From: an uncultured delta proteobacterium
GTDB taxonomy: Bacteria > Myxococcota_A > UBA9160 > SMWR01
Direction of reading: 5' to 3'
Length of the DNA: 64,000 nt
Assembly: GCA_963832165.1 (NCBI GenBank)
Contig: CAWHTE010000005.1
Span: forward strand, 288,001-352,000
The number at the start of each line of letters is the position of its first letter. Within the stretch, counting starts at the first letter, position 1. Of this stretch, positions 21,460 through 31,897 are shown in pieces. The position numbers and the translations under genes were made by a program. The notes beneath the pieces were generated by a model. It saw only the letters and a list, made by a program, of their open reading frames with translations, made no database searches and was not told the origin of the DNA.

Positions 21460-24400
21460 CTACAGAAAGGAGATCTTCTTCTTGCGGCGCGGCGGCGCCG
21501 GATTCGGGTGACGCGGCGGCGGCTCTTCGGCGATCGGCTCGGCTTCGAGCACGGGCTCCGCATCCAGCACGGGGTCGGCGTCGAGGACGGGATCTCCCGA
21601 GTTCGCCTCGGCCACGAGGTCGTCGAAGGTCTCACCGCCGACCGCGACCTCTTCGGGCTCGGAATCGCCGGTGCGCTCGATCACGTCCTCGAACGACTCG
21701 AAGCCATCTTCTGCGGGCTCGGGCTTCGGCTCGCCGAGGCCTGCCAACCGCGCTCGCACGTTCTGGAACGCGGGCTTCTGGGCCGCGACCGCTCCCCACT
21801 CGCGGCGCGCACCCTCGATGTCGCCCACCGCCTCGAGCGCGCGTCCGAGATCGAAGCGCCCCGCAAGCCGCGCGTCGGCGGGCAGGCCCGGCAGGATCAG
21901 CAGCTGCTCGAGGTGCTCGATCGCGAGCGGCGCCTGGTTCGAATCGATCGCGCAGAGACCGATCAGGTGCAGGCATTCCGCGGTGCGGCTCGGGTCGGCC
22001 ATCGCGGTGCGCAGCTCGTAGATCGCATCGTCGAAGAGGCCCATCTCCTTGTAGGCGATCGCGAGGTCGTAGTGCGCCTGGTGATCGCCGTCCGAGAGCG
22101 TCTCGCGTACGCCCTTCTTGAACGCCTGGAACACCGCCGCAAAGCCGTCGTCGCCCGCGGGCAGTGGCGAGCGGATATTCGAGCTCGAGTCGTCGTCGAA
22201 CACGTCGGAGAGCGCGGCGGCGAGATCGAAGCCGCCGTCGTCATCGCTGGGCGGCTTTGCCGCAACGACTGCGGGCGCCGGCTCTTCTCTGACCGGGCGC
22301 AGCAGCTCCTCGGTGTCCGAGCCGTCCTGGGCGGGCTCGTCGCGCACCTCGACTTCGGCGTCGTCGAGGTCGAGCGAGGCGAAGTCGTCGAGCTCCGCAC
22401 CGATCGCGGGTGCGCCGCTGCCGATCTCCTCTTCCGAGATGTCGACCGGGATATCGACCTCGTCGAGCTCGTGCGCGGGGCTCTCCGGTTCGGTGAGCTC
22501 GCCCGTTTGGCCGAAGTCGATCTCGGGTTCGGGCGTCTCGTCCGGGTCCACGGCCACCACGGGACGCGGCGGCGCGACGCGCGGCGCTTCGCCGCGAGCC
22601 GCAGAGATCTCTCCGAGGCCCGCCAGAGCGCGTGAGTGACCCGGGGCTGCCGCGAGCACGCGCCGAAAGATCGCCTCCGCCTCGTCGTGCAGCCCCTGCT
22701 GCATGTAGAAGTCGGCTTCCTCGAGATCGTCGAGCACCTGCTGCTTCGAAGTGCTTCGCTGCGTGACGTCGTTCGCGATGCGCGGGGCTTCGCGCACGGG
22801 TGCCACGTCGGGCTCGCCGTCCAGCGAGATCTCGACATCCGGCTCGTCGTCGACTGCGAGCTCCACCTCCGGCTCGTCACCCAGCGCGAGCTCCACTTCG
22901 GGCTCGTCGTCCAGCGCGATCTCCACCTCGGACCCGCCGCCGAAGGCGAAGTCCTCTTCGGACTCGCTCGTGGAGATCCGGTTCTCGGCTTCGGGCGCAT
23001 CCGCGCCGACGTCGAGCGTGAAGTCCTCGAGATCCTCGTCATCCTCGAGCACGAGATCATCGTCGTGATCGGGCACGGCCGGCGCGCGCACTTCGGTCGG
23101 AATGTGCGCGGCGGCGGTCTCGTCGAGCACGGCGATGCGGCCGCGCAGAACGCGCAGCGCGTTGGCGTCGCGCTCGTCGTGCGCGCGCTGAGCCGCGCGC
23201 AGCCAGACCTCCACGGCGCGGCCGTGATCGCCGCTCTCGGCATACGCCTCGCCGAGCTTCTCGAGCGCGGCGCGGTGGCCGGGATTGGCCTGGACCACGC
23301 GCTGCAGGTGCGCGATCGCCTTGTCGCGCTTGCCGTAGCGCAGGTAGACGCTCGCCTCCGCGAGCAGCTGCTCCAGGTCGCCCGAGCCCGGAGGAGTCGG
23401 CTCGTGCACGTCCTCGAGCAGGAGCTCCTCGCCCTCGGTCCCGATCATGGTGGCTTCGGCGCCCACCTTCGGGCGCGGCGCGCCCGAGAGCGACGCACCC
23501 GGGCCGATCTCGAGCTCGCTGCCGAAGTCGATCGAGAGCTCCGGCGCGCCCTCGCTGTCGGGGAACTCCTCGCCGAACAATGCGCCCGCGTCGTCGTCGA
23601 GCAGTCCGCCGCCCGCGAGCTCGTCCTCGGCGCTGGGTCCGATGTCGTCCTCGTGCGCTGCCTCTTCACCCAGGTCGCCGACGGTGGCGAAGCGCTGCAG
23701 GATGTCGCGCGCGCGGCTCTCGTCGCCACGGCTGCGATAGAGCTCGGCGAGCCGGCGCATCACGCGCTCGTATTCGGGGAGCTTCTTCGCGCGCTCGTAC
23801 AGCGCCGCGAGCTGCTCGTAGTGCTCGGTGCTGCCGTCGTCGAGCTGCAGCGCGCGCTCGGCGAGCGAGATCGCCTCGGCGAGCTTCCCGCGCCGGTCGA
23901 GGCTCTTCGCGAGCGTCGCCAGCGCGCGCACGTTGCGCTCGTCGATCTCGAGGATGCGCCGGAACACGCCGCCCACGGCTTCGACGTCGCCCTGCCGCTC
24001 GAGCTCCTCGGCCGCGAGCAGGTACTCCGCGATCGCGTCGTCCTTCTTCCCTTCCTGGCGCAACAGGTCTGCGACCTTGATCCGGCTCCGCGTGTTAGTG
24101 GGATCCGCGTTCGCCATCTTGCGCAGCAGGTCGAGCGCTTCGCTCTTGCGGCCCTGGCGGTGATATCCGTCCGCGGCGGTCTGCAGCGCGGTGAGTGCCT
24201 CGCCGGTGAGTCCCATCCGCTCGTAGAGCTCGGCGAGCGGCGCGTAGGCGTCGAGCCGGTCCGGGTCGAGGTTCAGGAGCTGCTTGAACACAGCCACGGC
24301 GCGGGCATCGAAGCCCTCCGCCATGTACTGCTCGGCGACCTTGCGATAGGTGTCGACGGCCTCTTCGACCTGACCCCAGCGCCGATGGGCATCGCCCACC

Positions 24401-24531
24401 TCGAGCCGGAGCTTGGCGTCCTTCGGATCGAGCTTGAGGAGCTTCTGATACTCGGCGAGCGCCTTATCCTTGGCGTTCTTCTGAGCCAGCTTGCGCGCGA
24501 GCTCGAGGATCTTCCGCTTGTCCGCCGCCAA
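21460..24531 (-). CDS. sgmX: Large TPR scaffold protein, SgmX-like
   Basis: TTG 24531, LAADKRKILELARKLAQKNAKDKALAEYQKLLKLDPKD; N-terminal TPR array, acidic linker, C-terminal TPRs (HYDLAIAYKEMGLFDDAI), ends KKKISFL; lies between an ExeA-like gene and the mglC/pil genes as in Myxococcus. Confidence 0.72.
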   Translation of the reverse strand: MAADKRKILELARKLAQKNAKDKALAEYQKLLKLDPKDAKLRLEVGDAHRRWGQVEEAVDTYRKVAEQYMAEGFDARAVAVFKQLLNLDPDRLDAYAPLAELYERMGLTGEALTALQTAADGYHRQGRKSEALDLLRKMANADPTNTRSRIKVADLLRQEGKKDDAIAEYLLAAEELERQGDVEAVGGVFRRILEIDERNVRALATLAKSLDRRGKLAEAISLAERALQLDDGSTEHYEQLAALYERAKKLPEYERVMRRLAELYRSRGDESRARDILQRFATVGDLGEEAAHEDDIGPSAEDELAGGGLLDDDAGALFGEEFPDSEGAPELSIDFGSELEIGPGASLSGAPRPKVGAEATMIGTEGEELLLEDVHEPTPPGSGDLEQLLAEASVYLRYGKRDKAIAHLQRVVQANPGHRAALEKLGEAYAESGDHGRAVEVWLRAAQRAHDERDANALRVLRGRIAVLDETAAAHIPTEVRAPAVPDHDDDLVLEDDEDLEDFTLDVGADAPEAENRISTSESEEDFAFGGGSEVEIALDDEPEVELALGDEPEVELAVDDEPDVEISLDGEPDVAPVREAPRIANDVTQRSTSKQQVLDDLEEADFYMQQGLHDEAEAIFRRVLAAAPGHSRALAGLGEISAARGEAPRVAPPRPVVAVDPDETPEPEIDFGQTGELTEPESPAHELDEVDIPVDISEEEIGSGAPAIGAELDDFASLDLDDAEVEVRDEPAQDGSDTEELLRPVREEPAPAVVAAKPPSDDDGGFDLAAALSDVFDDDSSSNIRSPLPAGDDGFAAVFQAFKKGVRETLSDGDHQAHYDLAIAYKEMGLFDDAIYELRTAMADPSRTAECLHLIGLCAIDSNQAPLAIEHLEQLLILPGLPADARLAGRFDLGRALEAVGDIEGARREWGAVAAQKPAFQNVRARLAGLGEPKPEPAEDGFESFEDVIERTGDSEPEEVAVGGETFDDLVAEANSGDPVLDADPVLDAEPVLEAEPIAEEPPPRHPNPAPPRRKKKISFL
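22804..22930 (-). repeat. Four imperfect 30-bp coding tandem repeats (EVEIALDDEP-type acidic decapeptide)
   Basis: Protein EVEIALDDEPEVELALGDEPEVELAVDDEPDVEISLDGEPDV. Confidence 0.8.
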
Positions 24532-24690
24532 CGACAGCCCCGTCCTGCCAGATGGTCTTGGCCCGGCTTCGGCTCGCAGCGCGGAAGCCCGCGGCGCGAC
24601 ACCGAAAAGTGAACGGCACCGGAGCACTCCGGTACTTTTCCTCTCTTCGGTTGCGTGGGCTTCCCGGTTGAGGTTCCCGTGGGGGAAAGT

Positions 24691-25137
24691 TCAGCCGTCC
24701 AGCACGTCCAGCAGCGCCGCGAGTCCGAGCGTGTAGCTGCGAGCGCCGAAGCCCGCGACGAGTCCGACCGCGATCCCCGAGACATAGGAGGTATGGCGGA
24801 AGGACTCGCGCGCGAACACGTTGGAGAGGTGGACCTCGACCACGGGCATCCCCGTGGCCGCGAGCGCATCGCGCAGCACCACGCTCGTGTGGGTGAGCCC
24901 GCCCGGGTTGATCAGGATGCCGTCCGCCCAGCCGATCGCGGCGTGGATGCGGTCGACGAGCACTCCCTCGTGGTTGCTCTGGAAACACTCCACCTCGGCG
25001 CCGCGCTCCTTTGCGGAGTCGGCGAGCGCGGCGTCGATCTCCTCGAGCGTGGTCGCCCCATAGATCTCGGGCTCGCGCGTTCCGAGCAGGTCGAGGTTCG
25101 GGCCGTGGATGACCTGAATGCGGCGCAGCTCGCTCAA
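24691..25137 (-). CDS. aroQ: Type II 3-dehydroquinate dehydratase
   Basis: [60 protein letters not shown] start after GGAGG. Confidence 0.95.
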   Translation of the reverse strand: MSELRRIQVIHGPNLDLLGTREPEIYGATTLEEIDAALADSAKERGAEVECFQSNHEGVLVDRIHAAIGWADGILINPGGLTHTSVVLRDALAATGMPVVEVHLSNVFARESFRHTSYVSGIAVGLVAGFGARSYTLGLAALLDVLDG

Positions 25138-25168
25138 TGGCCCCCCTCCGACTGGCGAGTGGCGACCC

Positions 25169-25543
25169 TCAGAGCTCCTGGCGGATCGCCAGCAGATGCC
25201 GGCGAATGAGATAGCGCGCCTTGCCGAGGTTGCCATCGGCCGAGAGCACGAGCGCGAGGAACGTGTCGCCATCGATCGGCCGGAACACGAGGCTCATTCG
25301 CGCGAGCGAGACGACCGTCTCGCTCACGGCGCCGCCGCCCAGTGCGTCGGCCGCTTTGCGGATCTCCTCGAGGATGCGCGAGAACTCGATCCCGGCGCTG
25401 CCGATGTCCTCCTGGAGCGGGCCCTCCGGAATCCGATCGGTCACGTACTCCTCGATCGGAATTCCGTCCGCGCCCATCAATACGGCGCCGAGGCCTCCGC
25501 CGCACTCCTCCACGATGCTGCGCAGAATCGATCGGAACGTCAT
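25169..25543 (-). CDS. mglC: Roadblock/LC7 polarity protein, MglC-like
   Basis: [11 protein letters not shown]...LMGADGIPI...[13 protein letters not shown]...RQEL resembles myxobacterial MglC; located next to aroQ and pilQ. Confidence 0.78.
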   Translation of the reverse strand: MTFRSILRSIVEECGGGLGAVLMGADGIPIEEYVTDRIPEGPLQEDIGSAGIEFSRILEEIRKAADALGGGAVSETVVSLARMSLVFRPIDGDTFLALVLSADGNLGKARYLIRRHLLAIRQEL

Positions 25544-26043
25544 GTCTGTGCTCTCCGCGCGTTCACGAGCCAGCGCTCGAGCGCCGCGATCACCGTTGCA
25601 TCCTCTCGCGCGGGCCGATCGGCCGCCGCGACGTCTCCGAGCTGCGCGCGGATGCGCGCCGCGCCGCGGCGATCACCCTGGCGCTCGAGCAGATCCGCCA
25701 TCGTGCGCGTCGCGAAGGCGCCGGTCGACGCGACCGTGCTGTGCTCATCCGCAGCGCCATCAGCGAATAGCGCCGCCTCTTCCGCGATCGAGTCGGGCGT
25801 GATCATGTGCGCGAGGTCGGGCTCGGCCGCCTCGAACGCGCGCTCGAGCTCGACTTCCGAGACGCCGGCCGGGACCGGGCCCGCCCTGCGCTGCAAGAGC
25901 GGCCGCGCCGACGCGAGCGCCGATTCGGCCCACGAGTCGATCTCGCGCCGCAGCCCGCCCCGGGCGTCGTGCTGGCGCAGTTCCGCGAGCGCGCGAAGCG
26001 CGTTCGCGAGCTCCGCGATCCGATCCTCCGCTGCGCCGGCCAT
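25540..26043 (-). CDS. Hypothetical protein with a TPR-like C-terminal segment
   Basis: 167 aa; overlaps the mglC start (ATGA); FATRTMADLLERQGD...IAALERWL. Confidence 0.6.
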   Translation of the reverse strand: MAGAAEDRIAELANALRALAELRQHDARGGLRREIDSWAESALASARPLLQRRAGPVPAGVSEVELERAFEAAEPDLAHMITPDSIAEEAALFADGAADEHSTVASTGAFATRTMADLLERQGDRRGAARIRAQLGDVAAADRPAREDATVIAALERWLVNARRAQT

Positions 26044-26054
26044 CCCTCTCCCCT

Positions 26055-27227
26055 CTACCGGCGGACGCGGCGCCGCGCCGCCCCAACGGTCCCGCGCCCC
26101 GACCGGGGCAGTCGCGCCGGCAGCGCCGCCGCGACCTCCGAGGGCAGGAGCGGCACCGTTCGCGCCGACCCCACACCCCCGAGCACCACGTAGTGGATGC
26201 GCGAGTCCTGCCTCTTCTTATCGACCTGGAGCGCGGAGAGATAAGCGCTTCTCGGGAACGGCGGGGGCTGGGTCGGCAGGCCCAGGCGTCGGCACAGCTT
26301 CTCGAGCCGCGCCGCGGTGCCCAGCGGCGCGTAGCCGAGGGCCTCGGAGCGCTCCGCCGCGTAGACCATCCCGATCGCGACCGCCTCGCCGTGCAGCAGG
26401 CCCCGGTAGTGCGTGAGCGCCTCGATCGCATGGGCGAGCGTGTGGCCGAAGTTGAGCAGCATGCGCACGTCGGCCTCGCGCTCGTCGCGCCGGACCACCT
26501 CGGCCTTGATCTCCACGGCGCGCCCGAGCACGGGCACGAGCACGGACTCCTCGAGCGCGAGCAAGCCCTCGACGTCCCGCTCGAGTGTCTCGAACAGCTC
26601 GGCGTCCCAGATGATCGCCTTCTTGACCACCTCGGCGAAGCCGGCCGCGCGCTCGCGCGCCGGCAGCGTGCGCAGCGTCGCCACGTCGACCGCCACGAGC
26701 CGCGGCTGGTGGAACGCGCCGACCAGATTCTTGCCCTCGCGCAGGTTCACGCCCGTCTTGCCGCCCACGCTCGCGTCGACCATCGCCAGCACGGTCGTGG
26801 GCACCTGAACGAACGGGATCCCGCGCAGATAGGTGGCGGCTGCATAGCCGGTGAGGTCGCCCACCATGCCTCCGCCGAGCGCGACGAGAACGCTGTGGCG
26901 ATCCGCGCGGGCCCGCAACAGCTCGTGATAGACCCGCTCGACCACGCGCAGGGTCTTGCTCGCGTCGCCGTCGGGCACGTCGATGCGCGCGGTGGCCATT
27001 CCGGCAGCGCGCAGCGAGCGCAGCACGCGCGTCGCATAGCGGCGCCCGACCGGCGGCACCGTGATCACCACGGCGCGGCGCGCACCCGTGCACGCGACCA
27101 CGCGCTCTCCGAGCCCCGCGAGCGTTCCCGCGCCGATCTCCACGGGGTACGAGCGATCGCCGAGCTCGACCGTCACGCTGCGCAGCGCGCGGCCCGCGGA
27201 GACTTTCGGCAATCGGTCGTTCGGCAC
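26055..27227 (-). CDS. aroB: 3-dehydroquinate synthase (start uncertain)
   Basis: GGGMVGDLTGYAAATYLRGIPFVQVPTTVLAMVDASVGGKTGVN; LNFGHTLAHAIE; LHGEAVAIGM. Confidence 0.95.
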   Translation of the reverse strand: MPNDRLPKVSAGRALRSVTVELGDRSYPVEIGAGTLAGLGERVVACTGARRAVVITVPPVGRRYATRVLRSLRAAGMATARIDVPDGDASKTLRVVERVYHELLRARADRHSVLVALGGGMVGDLTGYAAATYLRGIPFVQVPTTVLAMVDASVGGKTGVNLREGKNLVGAFHQPRLVAVDVATLRTLPARERAAGFAEVVKKAIIWDAELFETLERDVEGLLALEESVLVPVLGRAVEIKAEVVRRDEREADVRMLLNFGHTLAHAIEALTHYRGLLHGEAVAIGMVYAAERSEALGYAPLGTAARLEKLCRRLGLPTQPPPFPRSAYLSALQVDKKRQDSRIHYVVLGGVGSARTVPLLPSEVAAALPARLPRSGRGTVGAARRRVRR

Positions 27228-27258
27228 GCGCCGAGTATAAGCGGGCGCCGCGCCCGCG

Positions 27259-27294
27259 AAAACGAAGCGCGGCGGAGGGAGGCCTCCGCCGCGC
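27259..27294 (-). terminator. Rho-independent terminator after pilQ
   Basis: Minus strand: 12-bp stem GCGCGGCGGAGG/CCTCCGCCGCGC followed by TTCGTTTT. Confidence 0.8.
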
Positions 27295-27326
27295 CTGGTT
27301 TCACGCCGTCCAGAGACGGCCGATCG

Positions 27327-30074
27327 CTAGCTCGCCGCGGGCGCCTGCGTGTCCACGACGCGCGGGCTCACGAAGATCAAGAGCTCCTTGCGGTCGTCGC
27401 TGACCTCTTTGCTCCTGAACAGGTTGCCCAGGAACGGCAGCCGCGAGAGGTAGGGCACGGCCGTGCCCGTCTCCGAGCGATCGACCACGTAGATGCCGCC
27501 GAGCACGAGCGTCTGGCCGTCCTTCACGAGCGTCTCGGTCTGCACCTGGTTCTTCGCGATACCGGGCGTGCCGTCGAGCGTCGCGACACTGTCGTCGGGC
27601 GCGTTCCGGCTGACCTTGATCTTCATGATGATGCTGCCGTCGGCCGTGATGTGCGGAGTCACGTCGAGCTTGAGCACGGCGTCGACGAACTCGAGCTGGG
27701 CATCCCCGTTCTCGAACGTCTGGAACGGGATCGACACGCCCTGCTCGATGATCGCCGGGCTGTTGTCGAGCGTCACCACGCGCGGGCTCGAGATCACCTT
27801 GCCCTCGCCGTTCACCTCGGCGGCCTGGAGCTCGAGGTCGAAGTTGAACTTCTCGTCGAGCACCGAAGCGGCCATGCCCAGGATGCCCGTCGGGTTCGAC
27901 GTGATCGGGTTGCCGAACACCACGTTGTGTCCGTCGACGAGACCACCCGAACCCGGCGTGAACAGGTAGTCGCGTCCGCCGAGCGTGCCCTCGGTGAGCG
28001 GATTCGCACCGAAGTTCCAGCGCGTGCCCAGCTCCCGCGAGTACTGGAGGCCGGCCTCGACGATCTTCGCCTCGATCATGACCTGCGGCGTCATCGCGTC
28101 GACGGCCTTGATCAGCGCCGTCGCCTCGTCGATCACCGACGGGATGTCCTTGATGATGATCGTGTTGGTCCGCTTGTCGACGTTCACGGTGCCGCGCTCG
28201 GTCAGGAGCTCCTTCACCATGCTCGACACGTCGCCCACCATCGCGTAGTTCACGGGCTGGAGCTTCACGACGAGGTCCTCGAGCTTCTCCTTCGCGCGCC
28301 GCTCCTGGAGCCGGAGCTCCTCTTCCTGAGCCAGCACGTCGTTCGCCGCGATCCGCAACACGTTGCCGATCCGCGCGAACCCGAGACCCTTCGTCAACAG
28401 GATCACGTCGAGCGCCTGGTCCCACGGCACGTCCACAAGTCGGATCGTGACCTTGCCCTTCACCTCGTCGCCCGCGATCACGTTGAGGTCGGAGACCTCT
28501 GCGATCAGCCGCAGCACGTCGGCGATGTCGACCTCCTTGAAGTCGAGCGAGATGTGACGGCCCACGTACTCCTTGCCGTCCATCAGACCGCCCTCGTTCA
28601 GGATCTCGATCGCAGCGGGCGGCGTGCCCGACGCCGGATCGGCCGGTGCCGAGGCGGTGGGCAGGCTCGCGCCCTCGGGAGCGATCGAAGCCGGATCCGC
28701 CGGCGCGCCGTCGGCCGGCTGTGAGCCTTCCGCGTACGCGGGCGGAATCGCCGCGATCTTGTCCGCGCCGTTCGCGAAGTCCAGCGTCAGCACCGCGTCG
28801 TTCTTCGTCACCTCGGGCTTGAGGCCCGCGGCGCGCTTCACGACCACGCGCACCTCCGGCGTCTTCACGTCGGGCTGCGCGAACGCGCTCACGAGCGACA
28901 CCGAACCGACCTTCTCGGGGGCGATGCGCACCCGGGCCTCGGGCGCGATCGTCGCGTCCGCGATCGAGACGATCAGCGTCTCGGCATCCGGCTCGTAGAC
29001 GAGGTAGTCGATCGGCTGCTCGGAGAGCACGACCACGCGGTCGCGCTCGGGCTGCGCGTCGAACTCCACGCCGAGGATCTTCGCAGGGCCGCTCGCCGTC
29101 GCCTTCACGGGCGCGGGCTCACCGGCGGACTTCTCCGCAAGCGCCGGCTGCGCGCCGGATGCGTTGGCCACTTCGGCGTCGAGCGCCGCGTCGGAGCCGA
29201 GCGCCACCACGAGGCCCGACGGCACCGGAATCACGCGCCGGCCCTCGAACGGAGCCGCCTCGGATCCGCCGTCGACCACCACGCGCACCTTGTCGTCGTG
29301 GTTGCCCACGCGCACGCGCGCGACCTGCTGAGAACCCACTTCCACGGTCGGCTTCGCGACCTTGCTCTTCATCGCGGGCAGATCGACGACGAGCCGCGCC
29401 GGATTCTCGAGCGTAAACGTCACGGCGCTGTCGACGCTGCCATCGCTCTGCAGATGGATCAGCGTGCCTGCGCCCACCGCGCGCGCGTCGACGCCCGTGA
29501 GCAGCGTCGCGGCGGGGGCCTCGATCGAGAGCTCGCCCTCGGCGGGCTCGCCCGTCCAGGCTCCGGCCTCGGCCTCGTCGGCCTGCGCGGTCTCGTCGCC
29601 CTGGGGCGCCGTCCACGGATCCTGCGCATCCGAGCCCGAACCGACCGGAGACAGCGCGATCACGACGCCCTCGGGCCCTGCGGTCACCTCGTGCTCGGCC
29701 GCCGATGCCAGGCGGACCTCGACACGGGTCATCGGCTCGTCACCGGCCTGGTCGACCGCGGTGACCTGGATGTCCTCGACGCGTCCGTCGCCAACCGGAA
29801 CCAACGCGACGTCGCCCGGCTTCACGTTGGCGAGATCGACGACGAGGCGATCCGGATCGTTCTGTTGATAGGCCGTGTAGACCGGATCGACCGGCCCGAC
29901 CACGGTGATGGTGGTGCCATCGTCCGAGGATTCGACGAGAACGTCGACGACTTCGCCCTGCGCACTAGACGCCGACGGCGGCGAGCTCGCGCATGCGAAG
30001 GTTCCGACGCTGATCAGGCCGCACAGCGCGGCTCCGATCGCGACCTGGATCCCGAAGGTTTTCAAGCCCCGCAT
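27327..30074 (-). CDS. pilQ: Type IV pilus secretin with three AMIN-like domains
   Basis: ISLDFKEVDIADVLRLIAEVSDLN, VPWDQALDVIL, PQVMIEAKIVE, GKVISSPRVVTLDN, ELLIFVSPRVV; N-terminal PARLVVDL AMIN repeats. Start ATG 30074 or TTG 30083. Confidence 0.95.
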   Translation of the reverse strand: MRGLKTFGIQVAIGAALCGLISVGTFACASSPPSASSAQGEVVDVLVESSDDGTTITVVGPVDPVYTAYQQNDPDRLVVDLANVKPGDVALVPVGDGRVEDIQVTAVDQAGDEPMTRVEVRLASAAEHEVTAGPEGVVIALSPVGSGSDAQDPWTAPQGDETAQADEAEAGAWTGEPAEGELSIEAPAATLLTGVDARAVGAGTLIHLQSDGSVDSAVTFTLENPARLVVDLPAMKSKVAKPTVEVGSQQVARVRVGNHDDKVRVVVDGGSEAAPFEGRRVIPVPSGLVVALGSDAALDAEVANASGAQPALAEKSAGEPAPVKATASGPAKILGVEFDAQPERDRVVVLSEQPIDYLVYEPDAETLIVSIADATIAPEARVRIAPEKVGSVSLVSAFAQPDVKTPEVRVVVKRAAGLKPEVTKNDAVLTLDFANGADKIAAIPPAYAEGSQPADGAPADPASIAPEGASLPTASAPADPASGTPPAAIEILNEGGLMDGKEYVGRHISLDFKEVDIADVLRLIAEVSDLNVIAGDEVKGKVTIRLVDVPWDQALDVILLTKGLGFARIGNVLRIAANDVLAQEEELRLQERRAKEKLEDLVVKLQPVNYAMVGDVSSMVKELLTERGTVNVDKRTNTIIIKDIPSVIDEATALIKAVDAMTPQVMIEAKIVEAGLQYSRELGTRWNFGANPLTEGTLGGRDYLFTPGSGGLVDGHNVVFGNPITSNPTGILGMAASVLDEKFNFDLELQAAEVNGEGKVISSPRVVTLDNSPAIIEQGVSIPFQTFENGDAQLEFVDAVLKLDVTPHITADGSIIMKIKVSRNAPDDSVATLDGTPGIAKNQVQTETLVKDGQTLVLGGIYVVDRSETGTAVPYLSRLPFLGNLFRSKEVSDDRKELLIFVSPRVVDTQAPAAS

Positions 30075-30079
30075 CGAAA

Positions 30080-30662
30080 TCAACCCCCCTCGTTCCGACG
30101 CATCCGCATCTCAACGTCCTTGGTCGTTTCCTGACCCAGGTAATCGACATAGGTTTCTTTCACGACGACCGTGTTGTCATCGATCGAAATCACGTGTCCG
30201 CGGTTCTTCCCGATCGCGGCGCCGGCTCCGATGATGTACGACTCGCCCGACGGATCCTCGACCAGCGCGCGCGCGTTGCCCGTGCGCCACACGACCGCGA
30301 CCACCTCGAGCTGCGAGAGATCGAACTGGCCGAGCGGGCCCGCCTCCGCGACCGCCTGCATCTTGTCCGGGCGGTCCCAGACGAAGCTGCGGAACGGGTC
30401 GCGCTTGCCGGTCGCGTCGTAGGCATAGCCGGTCTCGATCTGCGCCACACCCGAGATCGGATCGATCGCGGGCTCCGCCACGCGGCTTGACCGCGGGCGG
30501 CGCCACGGCCCGTGCCGTGTGCGTGACCGTGGCTTCCTCGCGCGCCTGCGCAAACTCGTTGGCCGTGAGGCCGGCCGGCGGCTGCTCGGTGCAGCCGATC
30601 GCGGTCCCGAGTGAGGCCACCGTCGCGAGCGCCCAGAACGAGCTTCTGCGTCGTTTCGTCAT
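30080..30662 (-). CDS. pilP: Type IV pilus lipoprotein PilP, one frameshift near 30490
   Basis: Lipoprotein start MTKRRRSSFWALATVASLGTAIGC; continues in the 30080..30553 frame with YDATGKRDPF, PLGQFDLSQLEVVAVVW, IGKNRGHVISI. Confidence 0.85.
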
Positions 30663-30672
30663 GCCCCTCGCC

Positions 30673-31263
30673 TCAGCTCTTGCTCACGAAGCGGAAGGTG
30701 GTCGCGGTGCCCGACACGACCAGACGCGTCTCGGCCGCCGAGGACGACGCCACCTTCATGTCCAGCGCACCCAAGTTCACGATGCGCGGGAGTCGCGAGA
30801 CGGAATCGAAGAATCGCGCGATCTCGTGATAGGTCCCCTCGATCTGCACCGAGATCGGGACCTCCGCGTAGAAGTCGTGGACCTGCTCGTTCTCGCGCTT
30901 GAACGACTTGATCTCGACGCCGGCCGTCTTGCCCAGGTTGCTGATGTCGGCCAGCAGCACCTCGAGCTGCTTCTCGTTCGGAAGCTGGCGCAGCGCCACC
31001 CCGAGCTGAGCCTCGAGCTGCGTGATCTCCGCTTCGAACGCATGGATGTTCGCGGCGATCGTGCGAACTTCGGAGAGCTTGCGCTGGAGCTCGAGCTCCT
31101 GCGCGCGCAGGCCGGTCAGGCGCTCGTGCTCGGCCTGGTAGTACCCGAAGTAGTAGAGCGCGCCGATCAGCAGCGCGACGCCCAGCAGGATGCCCGCGCG
31201 CGCGCCGCGCGAGAGCTTCGCGAGTTGATCGAGCTGAGACTGGAGTCCGGGAGATACTTCCAT
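30673..31263 (-). CDS. pilO: Type IV pilus alignment protein PilO
   Basis: ATG 31263; TM plus coiled coil; QLPNEKQLEVLLADIS, FYAEVPISVQIEGTYHEIARFFDSVSRLPRIVN. Confidence 0.9.
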   Translation of the reverse strand: MEVSPGLQSQLDQLAKLSRGARAGILLGVALLIGALYYFGYYQAEHERLTGLRAQELELQRKLSEVRTIAANIHAFEAEITQLEAQLGVALRQLPNEKQLEVLLADISNLGKTAGVEIKSFKRENEQVHDFYAEVPISVQIEGTYHEIARFFDSVSRLPRIVNLGALDMKVASSSAAETRLVVSGTATTFRFVSKS

Positions 31264-31274
31264 GGCGTCCTCGT

Positions 31275-31897
31275 CTAGCCCTGCTTCTGCGAGGCCGGCG
31301 CAGTCGCGGGAGCCGGCGCTGCGGGAGCGCCCGGCGCCGCCTGCGCGGTCTGCGGCGCGACCATCGTCGCCTGGATCCGGAACTTCACGACCTTGAGGCC
31401 GTCGGGGCCGTTCCCGAGCTCGGTGCTGTTCGAGATCCACGTTGGCGAAGTACGGCGAGTCACCGAGCGAGCCCAGGAACACCGCCACGAGCTCGTTGTC
31501 GAGGCTCTGGCCGGTGATCTCGATCTGGGTGCCCTTGGTCGAGATGGCGTCGAGCCACACGCGCTCGGGCGTGTGCGTGGCCAGCTCGTCCATCACCCGC
31601 ACCGGGCCCTTGCGCGCGCGGTCGAGGCCCGCGATCACGTCGATCTTCTTCTGCAGCTCGGCCTTCTTGGCGCGGAACGCGGCCACCTGATCGAGCTGCG
31701 GCTGGAACTTCGCGATGTCGTTCTGCATCTGCGCGATGCGGTTCGTCGTCGTCTCGATCTGCCCGCTGAGATCGGAGTGCGCGAAGCCGATCAGCGCGCA
31801 CGACGAGGATCATCATCAGAACGAGCTCGAGCACGTTCTGCTTGACGTCCGCCTTGCGCTTGGTTTCGCGGACCGGAAGGAGATTGATCTGGATCAC
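31275..31897 (-). CDS. pilN: Type IV pilus alignment protein PilN, frameshifts near 31800 and 31430
   Basis: MIQINLLP start; PVRVMDELATHTPERVWL...SPYFANVDL in a second frame; C-terminus in a third frame. Confidence 0.85.

Noticed and set aside
30673..31728. Apparent PilN-PilO fusion
   Set aside because: Caused by the frameshift near 31430; pilO has its own RBS and ATG at 31263.
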